Shown piece by piece: positions 16,068-27,023 of a DNA stretch of 42,197 nucleotides; position 1 is the first letter of the stretch; every line of letters begins with the position of its first letter. The notes beneath the pieces are model-generated. The model searched no databases and had not been told where the DNA came from. It worked only from the letters and a program-made list of their open reading frames with translations. A program made the position numbers and the translations under genes. Source of the DNA: Planctomycetota bacterium (lineage in GTDB: Bacteria; Planctomycetota; Planctomycetia; Pirellulales; Thermoguttaceae); NCBI GenBank assembly GCA_043824335.1, contig JBDRTC010000212.1:1-42197 (forward strand). The letters are read 5' to 3'.

Positions 16068-17870
16068 CTACTTCCTCTTCACCTCCACGACCACGCCTCG
16101 GATTGCGTTGACGCCTTGGCCGGAGTCCCGGTTTCTGTTCTCGTGGAAGACGTAGAGCAGTCTGCCCGGCGCAATCTCGCGGATCGCGGTGTAGGCGTCG
16201 GTGTTGGTGCCGTCGTGGATCGTCGTGCGCGCGGTCCAGCGACGTCCTTCGCCATCGACGGAGAACATGACGTGTGCCCCCGGTCGACCGAAGGAAACGG
16301 CGAGGATGCCGTTGGCCATGAGCACCATGTCGGGAAACACACTCGCCGAATAGAACGGCAGCTCGTGGGGATCGCTCCACGTCTTTCCGGCGTCGGCCGA
16401 CCGACAGACCCACATGGGCAGGTTGCTGCTGACGCGCATCACGCACAGCAAGTCGCCGTTGGAAGTGCGGGCGATTACCGGCTCGCAGCATCCCTCACCG
16501 GGTGCGTCCAGGCTGAAAGCCATGGTCGAGTAATAGTCCCAGTTCGTGCCGCCATCGGTCGAGCGAACAAGCAGGCTCCGGTACTTGGCATCGCGCTCGA
16601 AGTAGCCGTACATCGTCGCGAGGAGCGATCCGTCATCCACTTCCAGGATCGAGCGCGCGAAGACCATGTAGGCATTGCCCTTGGTCCACGGCTTCACCGG
16701 CTCGGGGAACGTGACCTTGCCGACCGACCAAGTGTAGTTCCGCCCGTCCTCTGAATGCCCCACGTCGCAGGACAGCGTCTTCCCGTCAATGGGACGACAA
16801 AAGTAACGAAGCCAGACACAAGTGCCGTCTTTGCGCCGGATCCAGGAATGGCCGCCCCCTTCGCCCCCGTGGAACACGAGCGGCTCGTCCCAGCTCTCCC
16901 CGCCGTCCTCAGTCCAGACGCACGCGACGTCGCAGTCATCGGGCTCGAGCGATGCGTCGGGGCTAGCCCAGATCGCGACGAACAGCTCCTTCTCTCTGAG
17001 TTGCTTCAGCGTGGGAAAGTTGTAGTGGCTCGGCGAGCTGCTGATTGTGAAGGGCTTGCCGACTGTTACCTGGATCTGTTCATCGCCAAACGTTTCCATC
17101 TTGCTCTCCAGCTTGCGATCTGCTTCTCCGAAGTCGACCGTCTCCTCGTTCACCGACACTGAAAGCACCTCCAGTTCCATTGCGGAATGCTTCGCCCACG
17201 GATCGCCGATCACGAGCGTGTCGGGGCCCAACCCTCCGCTGAGCGTCTCGCCTTCCACGGCGCGTGGCGACAAGATCGTCTCGCCGTTGCCGTCACGGAC
17301 TGACAGCAAGTATCTGGCGTCTCGACGTTCGAGGCGGAACGTGTACGTGGCCTCGGGCGACATGGCCACGCCGGTCCTTGCCCAGCGATGCACCCATTCC
17401 TTCCCATCCCAGTTCACATAGTCGCCTGGCCCTTGCACGGTCACGAGCGCATGGTCGCCCCGGGCAACGCCGAGCCACCCGTACGGGTACCAGTACGCCT
17501 TATACTGGGCATCGCAGACCGCACCGATGTTTCCTTCCACTGGCAGTGGTCCCTTGCACGCCCCGAGCAGGATGCCGCCCGTGCTGTCTGACCGCGCCCC
17601 GCGGACCGCGACCTCGAAGACATAGTTCCCTTCAACCGGTACCGTGCGTTGCAGGAAGCAGACTGAATTCGGGAACGGCGACTTGAGAACGGCGCGCGAT
17701 TTCTCCACAACCTCCATCGAGCCGCCGACGCCTACGACCGCAGTCCACTCTTTTCGGACGCCGAAGGATGCGGCTGAAAACGTTTCTGCTCGGGCCGCTT
17801 GTGCCGCCGGGAAAGCTGATGCCAGGACGAGCACCGTGAATCTGTTCGCGAATACCATCTCAATCAGCAC
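16068..17870 (-). CDS. Secreted protein: N-terminal concanavalin/LamG-like region plus C-terminal BNR/sialidase-like beta-propeller
   Basis: GTG at 17870 follows AAGGAG. Signal peptide ..VFANRFTVLVLASAFPAAQAARA. Asp-box motifs TEDGGESW, STDGGTNW, SADAGKTW. Confidence 0.75.
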   Translation of the reverse strand: MLIEMVFANRFTVLVLASAFPAAQAARAETFSAASFGVRKEWTAVVGVGGSMEVVEKSRAVLKSPFPNSVCFLQRTVPVEGNYVFEVAVRGARSDSTGGILLGACKGPLPVEGNIGAVCDAQYKAYWYPYGWLGVARGDHALVTVQGPGDYVNWDGKEWVHRWARTGVAMSPEATYTFRLERRDARYLLSVRDGNGETILSPRAVEGETLSGGLGPDTLVIGDPWAKHSAMELEVLSVSVNEETVDFGEADRKLESKMETFGDEQIQVTVGKPFTISSSPSHYNFPTLKQLREKELFVAIWASPDASLEPDDCDVACVWTEDGGESWDEPLVFHGGEGGGHSWIRRKDGTCVWLRYFCRPIDGKTLSCDVGHSEDGRNYTWSVGKVTFPEPVKPWTKGNAYMVFARSILEVDDGSLLATMYGYFERDAKYRSLLVRSTDGGTNWDYYSTMAFSLDAPGEGCCEPVIARTSNGDLLCVMRVSSNLPMWVCRSADAGKTWSDPHELPFYSASVFPDMVLMANGILAVSFGRPGAHVMFSVDGEGRRWTARTTIHDGTNTDAYTAIREIAPGRLLYVFHENRNRDSGQGVNAIRGVVVEVKRK

Positions 17871-18148
17871 TCGCTTCTACTCCTTGCGTGCGGTCCAGGT
17901 CACGTCCAAGAGCCGAGATCGCCAGCATAGTGCCGGCCGGCCGGCCCTGCAAGGGGCGCTCCCGGAGACGTTCATAGTGCTCCGATTCATCGGGGGTTCT
18001 CGGGAATGGAGATCGTCGTCGTGCGCACCCCCCCGGTTTTGTTCAGTGATCCAAGAAAGCTAATTCGGGGGAGCCGGTTCTCAGTCCGCGATGGTCCCCA
18101 GGGGGGACATCGAAGTCAGGGCCCCCAAAACCGGACAAGCCGGGGCTG

Positions 18149-19486
18149 TCAACGCGGCCCCTCGGGGAAGTAAGGCTGCACGTGGGCGAAGTTGTAGATC
18201 AGCTTCTGGCCGATTCTGCCGCCCGGCTCGGAAGGGCTCTTCCAGTCCATGACGCTGACCTTGGCCGTCGGCGCCTTCGCCCGAAATACCCGCCAGATAT
18301 AGTTGAACCAGGCCCAATGCTCCGTGCTGTAGGGGCCATGGGCGTGGCTGTAGCAGTTGTGGCCCACGTGGTTGAAGCATTTGTCCTCGATCAGCTCGAT
18401 CCCTTCCGGCCCCGTGTAGAGGTGGTTCGCGTAGGGATAGAACGCTCTATCCTTGTACTCGGGCGTGGCTGCCAGCTTGCGGATGGCCTGGGCGTAGGCC
18501 GCGCAGTAGTCTTCCGAGTTGCCGAACTCGTCGGCCGGCAGCTTGCCCACGTCGAGCTTTACGCGCTGCCGGTGCCTCGCCAGATCGAGCGGTGTTTGCC
18601 CGGTGACCTGCCAGCGCCCCTTTCCCGGCTTGCCAACCCCGGCCTCCAGCACGGCCCCGTCCGGCAGGGGACGCATCAGCCCACAGTCGGCCGTGACGAC
18701 CACCCAGCCGGGCTCGGGCAGGGCGTTGGCCTGCACCTTGGGCTTGTCGAAATGGGTTGTGTCCTTTCCCAGGGCCGCTGCGGTGGCCTTGTAGTGGGTC
18801 AGCACGTCGTCGTGCATGAGCGCTCGGCTGTAAACACGGACCTCGTCGATCTCCCCCGCGAAGAAGTCCCGGCCCAGCCCCTGGCATCTGCCGATCCAGA
18901 GCGGTAGGCCTTCACGCTTCGGCGCGAACCCCGAGAAGACCGCGAGCACCTGCCCATCCCCGTAGATCGTGGCTTGCCCACCGCGGAAGCTTACGGCCAA
19001 GTGCGTCCACGTGCTTTTGGCCGGGCGTGGGAGCTGGCCGTGCCGACTTCCTTCGCCGTCGGCCAGGTTCACCAGGAAGATGGCGTCCTGCTCTTGCCTG
19101 TGATAAGTGTTGAATGCCAACGTCAGCCGGATGTCCTTCCAGGAGCCGCTTGCGCTCCAGTCGACCAGGCCGCCCTGCCAGCTGCTCGGCCGGAACCACA
19201 GCTCGAAGGCGCCCTCGTTCCGCCCGGCAAAGTCGGCGGTGGGGGCAATCTCGACGTAGTCGTTCTCGCCGTCCAGGCGCAGGGCAAACCCGTCGCCGCG
19301 CTGGACGTACCCGGCCCCATGAATCGTCCCATCGTGCCCCTGCCCGGAGCCATCCTCAGCAACGGGGCCCTCACCCTCGTCGAATCGGAAATGGGCTACC
19401 AGCCCCGGCTCGGCCCCCAGCGCAACCGAAGCGCACAGACCCAGGAGAGCCACCGCCACCGCGCAAAGTATGTTACGGGCAACCAT
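18149..19486 (-). CDS. Secreted LamG (Laminin_G_3) domain protein
   Basis: ATG at 19486 follows AAGGAG. Signal peptide [25 protein letters not shown]. LamG pattern [56 protein letters not shown]. The upstream part of ORF 18149..19774 is rejected. Confidence 0.75.
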   Translation of the reverse strand: MVARNILCAVAVALLGLCASVALGAEPGLVAHFRFDEGEGPVAEDGSGQGHDGTIHGAGYVQRGDGFALRLDGENDYVEIAPTADFAGRNEGAFELWFRPSSWQGGLVDWSASGSWKDIRLTLAFNTYHRQEQDAIFLVNLADGEGSRHGQLPRPAKSTWTHLAVSFRGGQATIYGDGQVLAVFSGFAPKREGLPLWIGRCQGLGRDFFAGEIDEVRVYSRALMHDDVLTHYKATAAALGKDTTHFDKPKVQANALPEPGWVVVTADCGLMRPLPDGAVLEAGVGKPGKGRWQVTGQTPLDLARHRQRVKLDVGKLPADEFGNSEDYCAAYAQAIRKLAATPEYKDRAFYPYANHLYTGPEGIELIEDKCFNHVGHNCYSHAHGPYSTEHWAWFNYIWRVFRAKAPTAKVSVMDWKSPSEPGGRIGQKLIYNFAHVQPYFPEGPR

Positions 19487-19685
19487 CGCGGTCTCCTTCT
19501 TTGTATCGAGCCTATACTTCTCCGCGACCTTGCCCCTGTTGTGGCACGGCCTCCCGACCGCGTCACGTTCGACGTAAGCCATTGCGTTCGAAGACCTTCG
19601 GTCGCCCCGTCGGCGGGGTCGGGAGACCGGCGCGGAACAGCGGCCCTCGTCAGCCAACATGGCACTGGAGTAAACCGGCCGGGTG

Positions 19686-19711
19686 GCCCTGGGCGGTTGC
19701 TCGCCCAGGGC
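19686..19711 (-). terminator. GC-rich 10-bp-stem hairpin (GCCCTGGGCG-gttgct-CGCCCAGGGC) downstream of gdhA
   Basis: The inverted repeat is perfect. It lies ~190 nt past the gdhA stop and has no U-tract, so its function is uncertain. Confidence 0.25.
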
Positions 19712-19897
19712 TCCCTCAGAGCCAGACGTGCGCAATTGACGCATCCGGTTCCTCAAGTTACGCGTTCGCTTCACGATGGTACACCGAATGTACCACGACT
19801 GCCATCGGGAGGGGACAACCGGCTACCAGACGCCCTGAAACGCCGTCTCTCGCGATAGCCCGACTTCGCACGGGTGAGACACAGCCCAACTCACACC

Positions 19898-21412
<1,515 letters not shown>

Positions 21413-21727
21413 CTAAGTGCTGGTCGATGCGTCGCAGAAACGATGAATATAGTCGAGATAGTGTTTTAGCAGCCACATCTTCTCCAAGAACTCCGGCCAG
21501 CCGCAGGACGGCGTAAAGCCCTCACTCATTGCCGGCAGCACCATCCCTCCAGGGGTGACGCCTTCCCGGAGTTCGTTCCACAGGTCCGCCCAGACTTTCT
21601 GGGCATCGCCGTTTACGCTGGCGACAACGTAGCGGAAGTTCTTCAGCGCGCTCTCGGCGGAGCGGTCCTTAGTGTTTAGCACTTCTCTTAAGCGGTCTTC
21701 CTCGGGTAGTTGAAATGTATTGCGCAT
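21413..21727 (-). CDS. Hypothetical 104-aa protein (no recognisable family)
   Basis: ATG is preceded by GGAGGAAG. The composition is coding-like. It lies directly downstream of a sigma-54-type promoter and upstream of gdhA. Confidence 0.55.
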   Translation of the reverse strand: MRNTFQLPEEDRLREVLNTKDRSAESALKNFRYVVASVNGDAQKVWADLWNELREGVTPGGMVLPAMSEGFTPSCGWPEFLEKMWLLKHYLDYIHRFCDASTST

Positions 21728-21831
21728 GTTGCTTCCTCCATCTTGTAGGCCACCTACTCACGCGCCAGGTTGGTCCGCACGTTGTCCCTCCAGTTCCGCG
21801 AACTCTCCCGGCACCAAGCCAGTCGTGTGGA

Positions 21832-21847
21832 AGCAATATCCGTGCCG
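21832..21847 (-). promoter_or_regulatory. Sigma-54 (-24/-12) promoter candidate
   Basis: The minus strand reads cGGCACGgataTTGCT against the consensus TGGCACG-N4-TTGCW. GG/GC spacing is exact. It sits ~105 nt upstream of the 104-aa ORF start. Confidence 0.6.
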
Positions 21848-21944
21848 GAAGGGCAACGTGCGAGACGGCATAACTCGCAAGTGGTTTCCAGCATGGAGGA
21901 TAGGACGACCAGATCGGTCATCCCGCGATCCCGTGGCGAATAGT

Positions 21945-21966
21945 CCCTGGTGGCAGAACACCAGGG
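21945..21966. promoter_or_regulatory. Palindrome CCCTGGTG-N6-CACCAGGG, candidate enhancer (UAS) for the adjacent NtrC-type activator
   Basis: Perfect 8-bp arms, ~100-120 bp upstream of the sigma-54 promoter candidate. A TGCTGGT direct repeat is also present at 22026 and 22047. Confidence 0.35.
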
Positions 21967-22075
21967 CTTTTCACGCACACGGGCGGGGAGGAGCACTTAA
22001 CTTGTTTCCGGACCATGACTTACGATGCTGGTCAGGCATTGAACTCTGCTGGTGCCCAAGCAACAGAAAACGGGG

Positions 22076-23524
22076 TCATTCTCCGGTTGGCCCGAGGTTG
22101 TACTTCTTGATCCGATGGCGCAACGTGTTGCGACTGATGCCAAGCTTCTCTGCGGTGCGGACTTGGTTATACTCGCATTCTTGCAGCGCTCGGTTGATGA
22201 GTGCCTCCTCGACCAGGTCCATGATATTGGCGTGGGCCCGCTGGTCATCGGCTAACCGGAGAATCTCCGGAACGAGGTCTGCAAGGCGTTGCTTCAAGCT
22301 GTGGATCGTCTCGTCCTGCCTGCCCGCCTGAGGAGTGCTTTCCTGCCCGGCCTCGAACTGTACGTGTTCCGCGAGCAGCACATCTCCTCCCTTGCACATC
22401 AACACTGCTCGCCGAAGGTGGTTTTCCAGTTCGCGCACGTTTCCGGGCCATGCGTAGGATTGCAGCTTGCGAATCGTCTGGTCGGCAACGTAATGAACCG
22501 ACTTGCCGTACTCCTCGGAGAAGCGCCCGACAAAGTACTTCACCAGCGCCGGGACGTCATCCTGCCGTTCGCGGAGGGGAGGCAATTGGATGGAGATGAC
22601 GTTCAGGCGGTAGTAGAGGTCCTCGCGGAACCGACCTTCCTCGATTTCTCTTTCCAGGTTCTTGTTCGTGGCCGCCAGAATCCGCACGTCAACGCGGATG
22701 GTGTCCGTGCTGCCGAGGCGTTCGAATTCTCCTTCCTGAAGCACCCGCAACACCTTGGCTTGGGTCGTCAAAGACATGTCGCCGATTTCGTCGAAGAAGA
22801 GCGTGCCGGTGTGACATCGCTCGAACTTGCCGACGTACGAGCGGTAGGCGCCGGTAAACGCACCTTGCTCGTAGCCGAGCAGTTCACTCTCGAAGAGTGC
22901 ATCGGGGACCGTCGCGCAGTTGACGGCCATGAACGGTTTGTCTTTCCGGTGGCTGTGATGATAGATGGCCCGTGCCACCAGCTCCTTGCCCGTGCCGCTC
23001 TCGCCGGTAATCAGCACCCCAACGTCTTTCTCGGCCACTTGGCCAATGAGCTTGAAGACCTCCTGGATTTGGGGGCTGGTCCCCACGATTCTCACCAGGC
23101 CGCCCATGGGGGGCAAGATCCTGGTTACCGAACTGGGCAGACCGACGATTTCCTTCATCAGGCGGTTGACTTCCAGGGCATCGGCGGCCAGTCGTTTAAG
23201 CCCCTCAGTGTCGAACGGTTTCAACAAATAGTCATACGCGCCGAGCTTCATCGCCTCGATGGCCGTTTCGGTGGTTCCATAGGCCGTCATCACGATTACA
23301 GGAGTTTTGATCTGGGCGTTCTTGATCTCGACCAGGGTTTCCAACCCGTTCAGTCCCGGCATTTTGTAGTCCAGCAGGATCAGATCGAACGGCTCGGCCT
23401 TGACCCGCTCCAGGCCGGAGATCCCGTCCGTCGAGGACGCCACCTCATGGCCCTGTCTGACAAACAGCCGGGTGAGGAAGTGAATCAGCCCTTCGTCGTT
23501 GTCGACAATCAGGATTTTGCCCAT
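22076..23524 (-). CDS. Sigma-54-dependent response regulator (REC + AAA+ sigma-54 activator + Fis-type HTH; NtrC/AtoC family)
   Basis: REC domain with DLILLDYKMPGLNG. Walker A GESGTGKE. GAFTGA motif present. ..FREDLYYRLNV... C-terminal HTH NQVRTAEKLGISRNTLRHRIKKYNL. Confidence 0.9.
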   Translation of the reverse strand: MGKILIVDNDEGLIHFLTRLFVRQGHEVASSTDGISGLERVKAEPFDLILLDYKMPGLNGLETLVEIKNAQIKTPVIVMTAYGTTETAIEAMKLGAYDYLLKPFDTEGLKRLAADALEVNRLMKEIVGLPSSVTRILPPMGGLVRIVGTSPQIQEVFKLIGQVAEKDVGVLITGESGTGKELVARAIYHHSHRKDKPFMAVNCATVPDALFESELLGYEQGAFTGAYRSYVGKFERCHTGTLFFDEIGDMSLTTQAKVLRVLQEGEFERLGSTDTIRVDVRILAATNKNLEREIEEGRFREDLYYRLNVISIQLPPLRERQDDVPALVKYFVGRFSEEYGKSVHYVADQTIRKLQSYAWPGNVRELENHLRRAVLMCKGGDVLLAEHVQFEAGQESTPQAGRQDETIHSLKQRLADLVPEILRLADDQRAHANIMDLVEEALINRALQECEYNQVRTAEKLGISRNTLRHRIKKYNLGPTGE

Positions 23525-23546
23525 TCCTCTGTCTCTTTCGTATCCT

Positions 23547-25388
23547 TCATGCAGGCGCTACGGGCAGGTGAACGGAAAAAGTCGTGCCGGCCCCGAGTTG
23601 CGTGTTGACGTGCACGGTGCCGGCATGGCGCTCGATAGTGCCTTTGATGATTGCCAGCCCCAGTCCTGAGCCTGCCGCTTTGGTAGTGAAAAAGGGTTCA
23701 AACAGGCGATCAAGATCTTCTTCTTGGATGCCCGGGCCGGTGTCGGAAACGTCGATCCGCACCCAAGTCGGACCGAGGGAGCCGGGCTCGGTGGCATCGG
23801 CGGCGACGGAAATGGTCAGCCGGCCGCCGTCGGGCATCGCGTCGAGCGAGTTGACCAGAAGGTTGACCAAGACCTCGCCCAACTGCCGCACGTCGCCCTC
23901 GACCTTGGGTAGTTCAGTGGCGATGCACTTGTGAATCTCGACTTCCTGCTGGTTCGCGCGCGGCCGGATCACTTCCAGCACGTCGTCGACCAGTTGCATG
24001 AAATCGAGGTCCGCAAGGACGGGCTCTTGCGGGCGCGCGAAGTCGAGGAAATGGTTGATCGTGTTTTCAATCCGCGCGACTTGCCGCATGCCAATTCGGT
24101 AATCCTCGCTCTGTTCGGGAGAGACTGCGATGTCTTCTTGAACGGATTGCAGGAAGAGTTTCAGGGAAGTCAGCGGCGTGCGAATCTCGTGGGCAACGCC
24201 GGAAGCGAGGCGTCCCAGTGCGGCAAGCCGTTCGGACCGCGCGGCTGCCTCCAGAGTGCCCTTCAATTCGGCCTCAACCCGTTGCAGCTCTGCTTCGGTC
24301 AGCCCCATACGTGTTTCCAGGCTGCTGTGGCGATCCTTCAATTGGCCGGCCATGTCTTCGAAGGCGGCGTACAGCGCCCCAATTTCGTCTCGGCGAGTGG
24401 TCCGTGCGTCGAGCAGCGCGTTTTCAAAATCGCCGCGGGCCAGAGTACGGGCGGCCGCGCTGAGCGTTCGGATTGGCGACGCCACGTACCATGCAAGCAC
24501 CGTGGAAAAGCCGACGGCGCCCACGACGGTCACCATGATCACGATCCAGATGTTCCTCTGCAACTGATCCGAAGGGCCAAAGGCCTCGTCGCGATCCTGT
24601 TCAACCACCACGTGCCAGTCAATCCCCTTCAAGGAACGAGAGGCTCCCAGCACCTGGATTCCGCGGTAGTCCTCGTAGATGGGCTGCCCCTTCGCACTGT
24701 CAAAGATTTGCGTGAAGCTGTCTGACTGGGCAATGTTCTCGTTGAGTATTCGCTTGGGGTCCTTGTGGGCGAGAAACGTGCCAGCCTCATCGACCAGGTA
24801 ACACTCCCCCGATTTGCCCAACTCGACGCGCAGCACGCTTGCAACGATGGCTTGAGTGCTGACGGTGGCACACAGGACGCCCTGCACCCGGCCTGCCGGA
24901 CCCCGGATCGGGGTGGCAAGACGAAATACGGATTCTTGCTCGGTCGCGGCCAACTCGATTTCTGACATATACGGCTGCCCGCTGATCGTCCGCTCGTACC
25001 ACACTTCGCTCGCACACGAGGCATCGGAGGACCCCTCGCTGTCATAAACGACCTTGCCGTCAAGGTCGGTGATGATGAAACGCCTGTAGACTCCGTACTG
25101 GTCTCCCACCAGCTCGAAGTACGGGGCAACCTCGGCAGGGTCCATCTCCTTGACGGCGCTTGATCCGGCCAGCACCTTCACGTCGGCCTTCCGCTCCATG
25201 ATCCATCGTTCGAGAAGCGTCTGTTTCTCAGCGGCAACGTTCTCCAGTTGGTTTTGTACAATACTCTCAATTACGTTGTTGGCCGTCCGGACGGAGAAGA
25301 TGCTCACGGTCCCCAACGGCACCAGAGAAACCAGCAGAAAGACCACGGTAACCTTGAGTTGCAGGTTGTTGAGGAACTTGGCTTTCAC
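23547..25388 (-). CDS. Sensor histidine kinase (TM - dCache-like periplasmic domain - TM - HAMP - HisKA - HATPase_c)
   Basis: GTG at 25388 follows GGAAGGTGG. TM segment LKVTVVFLLVSLVPLGTVSIF. H-box GVAHEIRTPLTSL. N/G boxes LVNLLVNSLDAM, DTGPGI, GSGLGLAI. The upstream 66 codons of ORF 23547..25586 are rejected. Confidence 0.85.
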   Translation of the reverse strand: MKAKFLNNLQLKVTVVFLLVSLVPLGTVSIFSVRTANNVIESIVQNQLENVAAEKQTLLERWIMERKADVKVLAGSSAVKEMDPAEVAPYFELVGDQYGVYRRFIITDLDGKVVYDSEGSSDASCASEVWYERTISGQPYMSEIELAATEQESVFRLATPIRGPAGRVQGVLCATVSTQAIVASVLRVELGKSGECYLVDEAGTFLAHKDPKRILNENIAQSDSFTQIFDSAKGQPIYEDYRGIQVLGASRSLKGIDWHVVVEQDRDEAFGPSDQLQRNIWIVIMVTVVGAVGFSTVLAWYVASPIRTLSAAARTLARGDFENALLDARTTRRDEIGALYAAFEDMAGQLKDRHSSLETRMGLTEAELQRVEAELKGTLEAAARSERLAALGRLASGVAHEIRTPLTSLKLFLQSVQEDIAVSPEQSEDYRIGMRQVARIENTINHFLDFARPQEPVLADLDFMQLVDDVLEVIRPRANQQEVEIHKCIATELPKVEGDVRQLGEVLVNLLVNSLDAMPDGGRLTISVAADATEPGSLGPTWVRIDVSDTGPGIQEEDLDRLFEPFFTTKAAGSGLGLAIIKGTIERHAGTVHVNTQLGAGTTFSVHLPVAPA

Positions 25389-25431
25389 AAGACCACCTTC
25401 CGATTCCCGGCGACATAGTGTCTGCGTGCCG

Positions 25432-25461
25432 ATTATAGCCGGGACGTACGGAATCTGTAAA
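25432..25461 (-). promoter_or_regulatory. Sigma-70-like promoter candidate for the kinase/regulator operon (TTTACA-18 nt-TATAAT)
   Basis: The minus strand reads TTTACAgattccgtacgtcccggcTATAAT, ending ~44 nt upstream of the GTG start. Confidence 0.4.
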
Positions 25462-25710
25462 CGACAGGTAGCATGCCGCCACCAGGCGCTCGAATTCCTC
25501 AAGGCCGTACCAGTGCGGCGACGTGGGTTTGCTCGGAAGCCACTTCTTCCAGTTGGGATTGGTGGCGGTGGTCCGCACTCGCTCACGTACTATCCACTTG
25601 TCCACTCAAGTCTCGTTGGACCAGCGCCCTCGGTGACGCTGATGACGCGGACTTTGTAGACGTAGGCGAAGGCTGATCCGGATCCGGACCCGGCCGCGTC
25701 GTGCCTGTCA

Positions 25711-26712
25711 TCAATCCTTGAGTGCATGCGCCTCTTGAATCTGCCGGATGACCTCGACTTCGGCCATGCTCATGGCGTGGGCGAGGGCTTTTTGCGTGAG
25801 GGCCGCAAGCTTCCTGGAACCGCCCGCTTGCTCGTTGCTCCACTCCCGGGCGAAGGCGCCCCCTTTGACGTTGTCTCTCAGGATCGCCCGCGCTTTCTCT
25901 TTGGTCTCCTTCGCGATGAGATCGGGACCGCGCGAGAGGGTTCCGTACTGGCTCGTCGTGGAATGACACGTCATCTGCCGGAAGAACCCGTTTCGGGCCA
26001 TGTGCCCGAGAATCTCAGAGGCTTCCCCGGAGGCGTAAAGCTCCATCACCAAGAGTTCCGGAGGGAAGCCGGCTTCCACGCCGATCTCAAAGCACTCCAG
26101 GATCCAGGCGGTCAGGCCGGCCCAGACGACCTGCTCGGCAAACAGGTCAAGCTCCGCCTCCTCACGGAAGCTGGACTCGAACACGCCCCCACGAGTCAGG
26201 CCGATTCCTTTGGAGAGGGCCAGCGCCATTTCTCGGGCATGCCCGGTGGAGTCCTGATGGACGGCGAACTGGGCAATCGCTCCCTTGCCGCCCTGGTAGA
26301 GGGTGCGGACGGTGTCGCCGACCATGCGGGGAGCGACCATCACCACGTCGACGTCCTTGGGCAGCGTAATCAGCTCGTAGCCGACGTTGTAGCCGCTCGC
26401 CCAGACAAGCGTATTGCCCGCCGCGATGCCCGGGGCGATCTCGTCGTCCCAGATCAGCGGCTGGGATTCGTCGGTCGTCAGCACCAGAAGCACGTCTCCA
26501 TCCCGGGCCGCCTCGGCGATTTCGAGAACCTCGAAGTGGTCGGCCTCGGCCCGGCGGCGGTAGTCGTCGTCGCGGTTGCCGACGATGACGGAGACGCCGC
26601 TGTCGCGAAGGTTCAGGGCCTGGGCGCGTCCCTGGTTGCCGTACCCGAGCACGGCGACCGTTTTTTCGCGCAGCGGCTCCAGCGAGGCTTCGGCATCCTT
26701 GAGGAGTTTCAT
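25711..26712 (-). CDS. ilvC: Ketol-acid reductoisomerase (class I)
   Basis: VAVLGYGNQGRAQALNLRDSGVSV NADP-binding motif. ..VMVAPRMVGDTVR.., ..LFAEQVVWAGL.., ..STTSQYG... Confidence 0.9.
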   Translation of the reverse strand: MKLLKDAEASLEPLREKTVAVLGYGNQGRAQALNLRDSGVSVIVGNRDDDYRRRAEADHFEVLEIAEAARDGDVLLVLTTDESQPLIWDDEIAPGIAAGNTLVWASGYNVGYELITLPKDVDVVMVAPRMVGDTVRTLYQGGKGAIAQFAVHQDSTGHAREMALALSKGIGLTRGGVFESSFREEAELDLFAEQVVWAGLTAWILECFEIGVEAGFPPELLVMELYASGEASEILGHMARNGFFRQMTCHSTTSQYGTLSRGPDLIAKETKEKARAILRDNVKGGAFAREWSNEQAGGSRKLAALTQKALAHAMSMAEVEVIRQIQEAHALKD

Positions 26713-26772
26713 AAGGGGTTCGTCCTTCTTCGAGGTTCATCCGGCGGAAGCGCACTTCGCATTCTCGCCAGG

Positions 26773-26871
26773 GGAGTACCGGTGCCTCTTCTCTGTTCAC
26801 CGATGCGCCGAAGCCCCTGGCTTTCTTGGAGTTATGACCGTCCGGCAACAGAGGAGAGGCACCGGTACTCC
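26773..26871. repeat. Long inverted repeat: 25-nt arms (24/25 complementary) separated by 49 nt, in the MMPL-ilvC intergenic region
   Basis: GGAGTACCGGTGCCTCTTCTCTGTT (26773-26797) pairs with AACAGAGGAGAGGCACCGGTACTCC (26847-26871). It lies 60 nt upstream of the ilvC ATG and ~150 nt past the MMPL stop. Confidence 0.8.
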
Positions 26872-27023
26872 TGGTGTGTGCCTTCCACGTACGCAAATCC
26901 CGGATGAACCGTCTTTGAGTCAAGTCGATGTTCAGCGTGGCAGAAGTGCGTCGTCGTCCGATCCGTCGCCTCGCCAGTGCGATAGAGGGTACAACACCTC
27001 CGGACTCGCATCAAGTGCCGCGC

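Noticed and set aside
19487-19774. N-terminal extensions of tracked ORFs (18149..19774, 23547..25586, 1862..2968, 34787..35377, 14489..15790, 19898..21391)
   Set aside because: In each case an internal start with a good Shine-Dalgarno sequence, and a signal peptide or TM segment where one is expected, gives the family-typical N-terminus. The upstream parts are basic and low-complexity, or overlap neighbouring genes.
25660-25710. TCCGGATCCGGA repeat after the ilvC stop as an intrinsic terminator
   Set aside because: It is only a short tandem of a 6-bp palindrome, with a weak stem and no U-tract.
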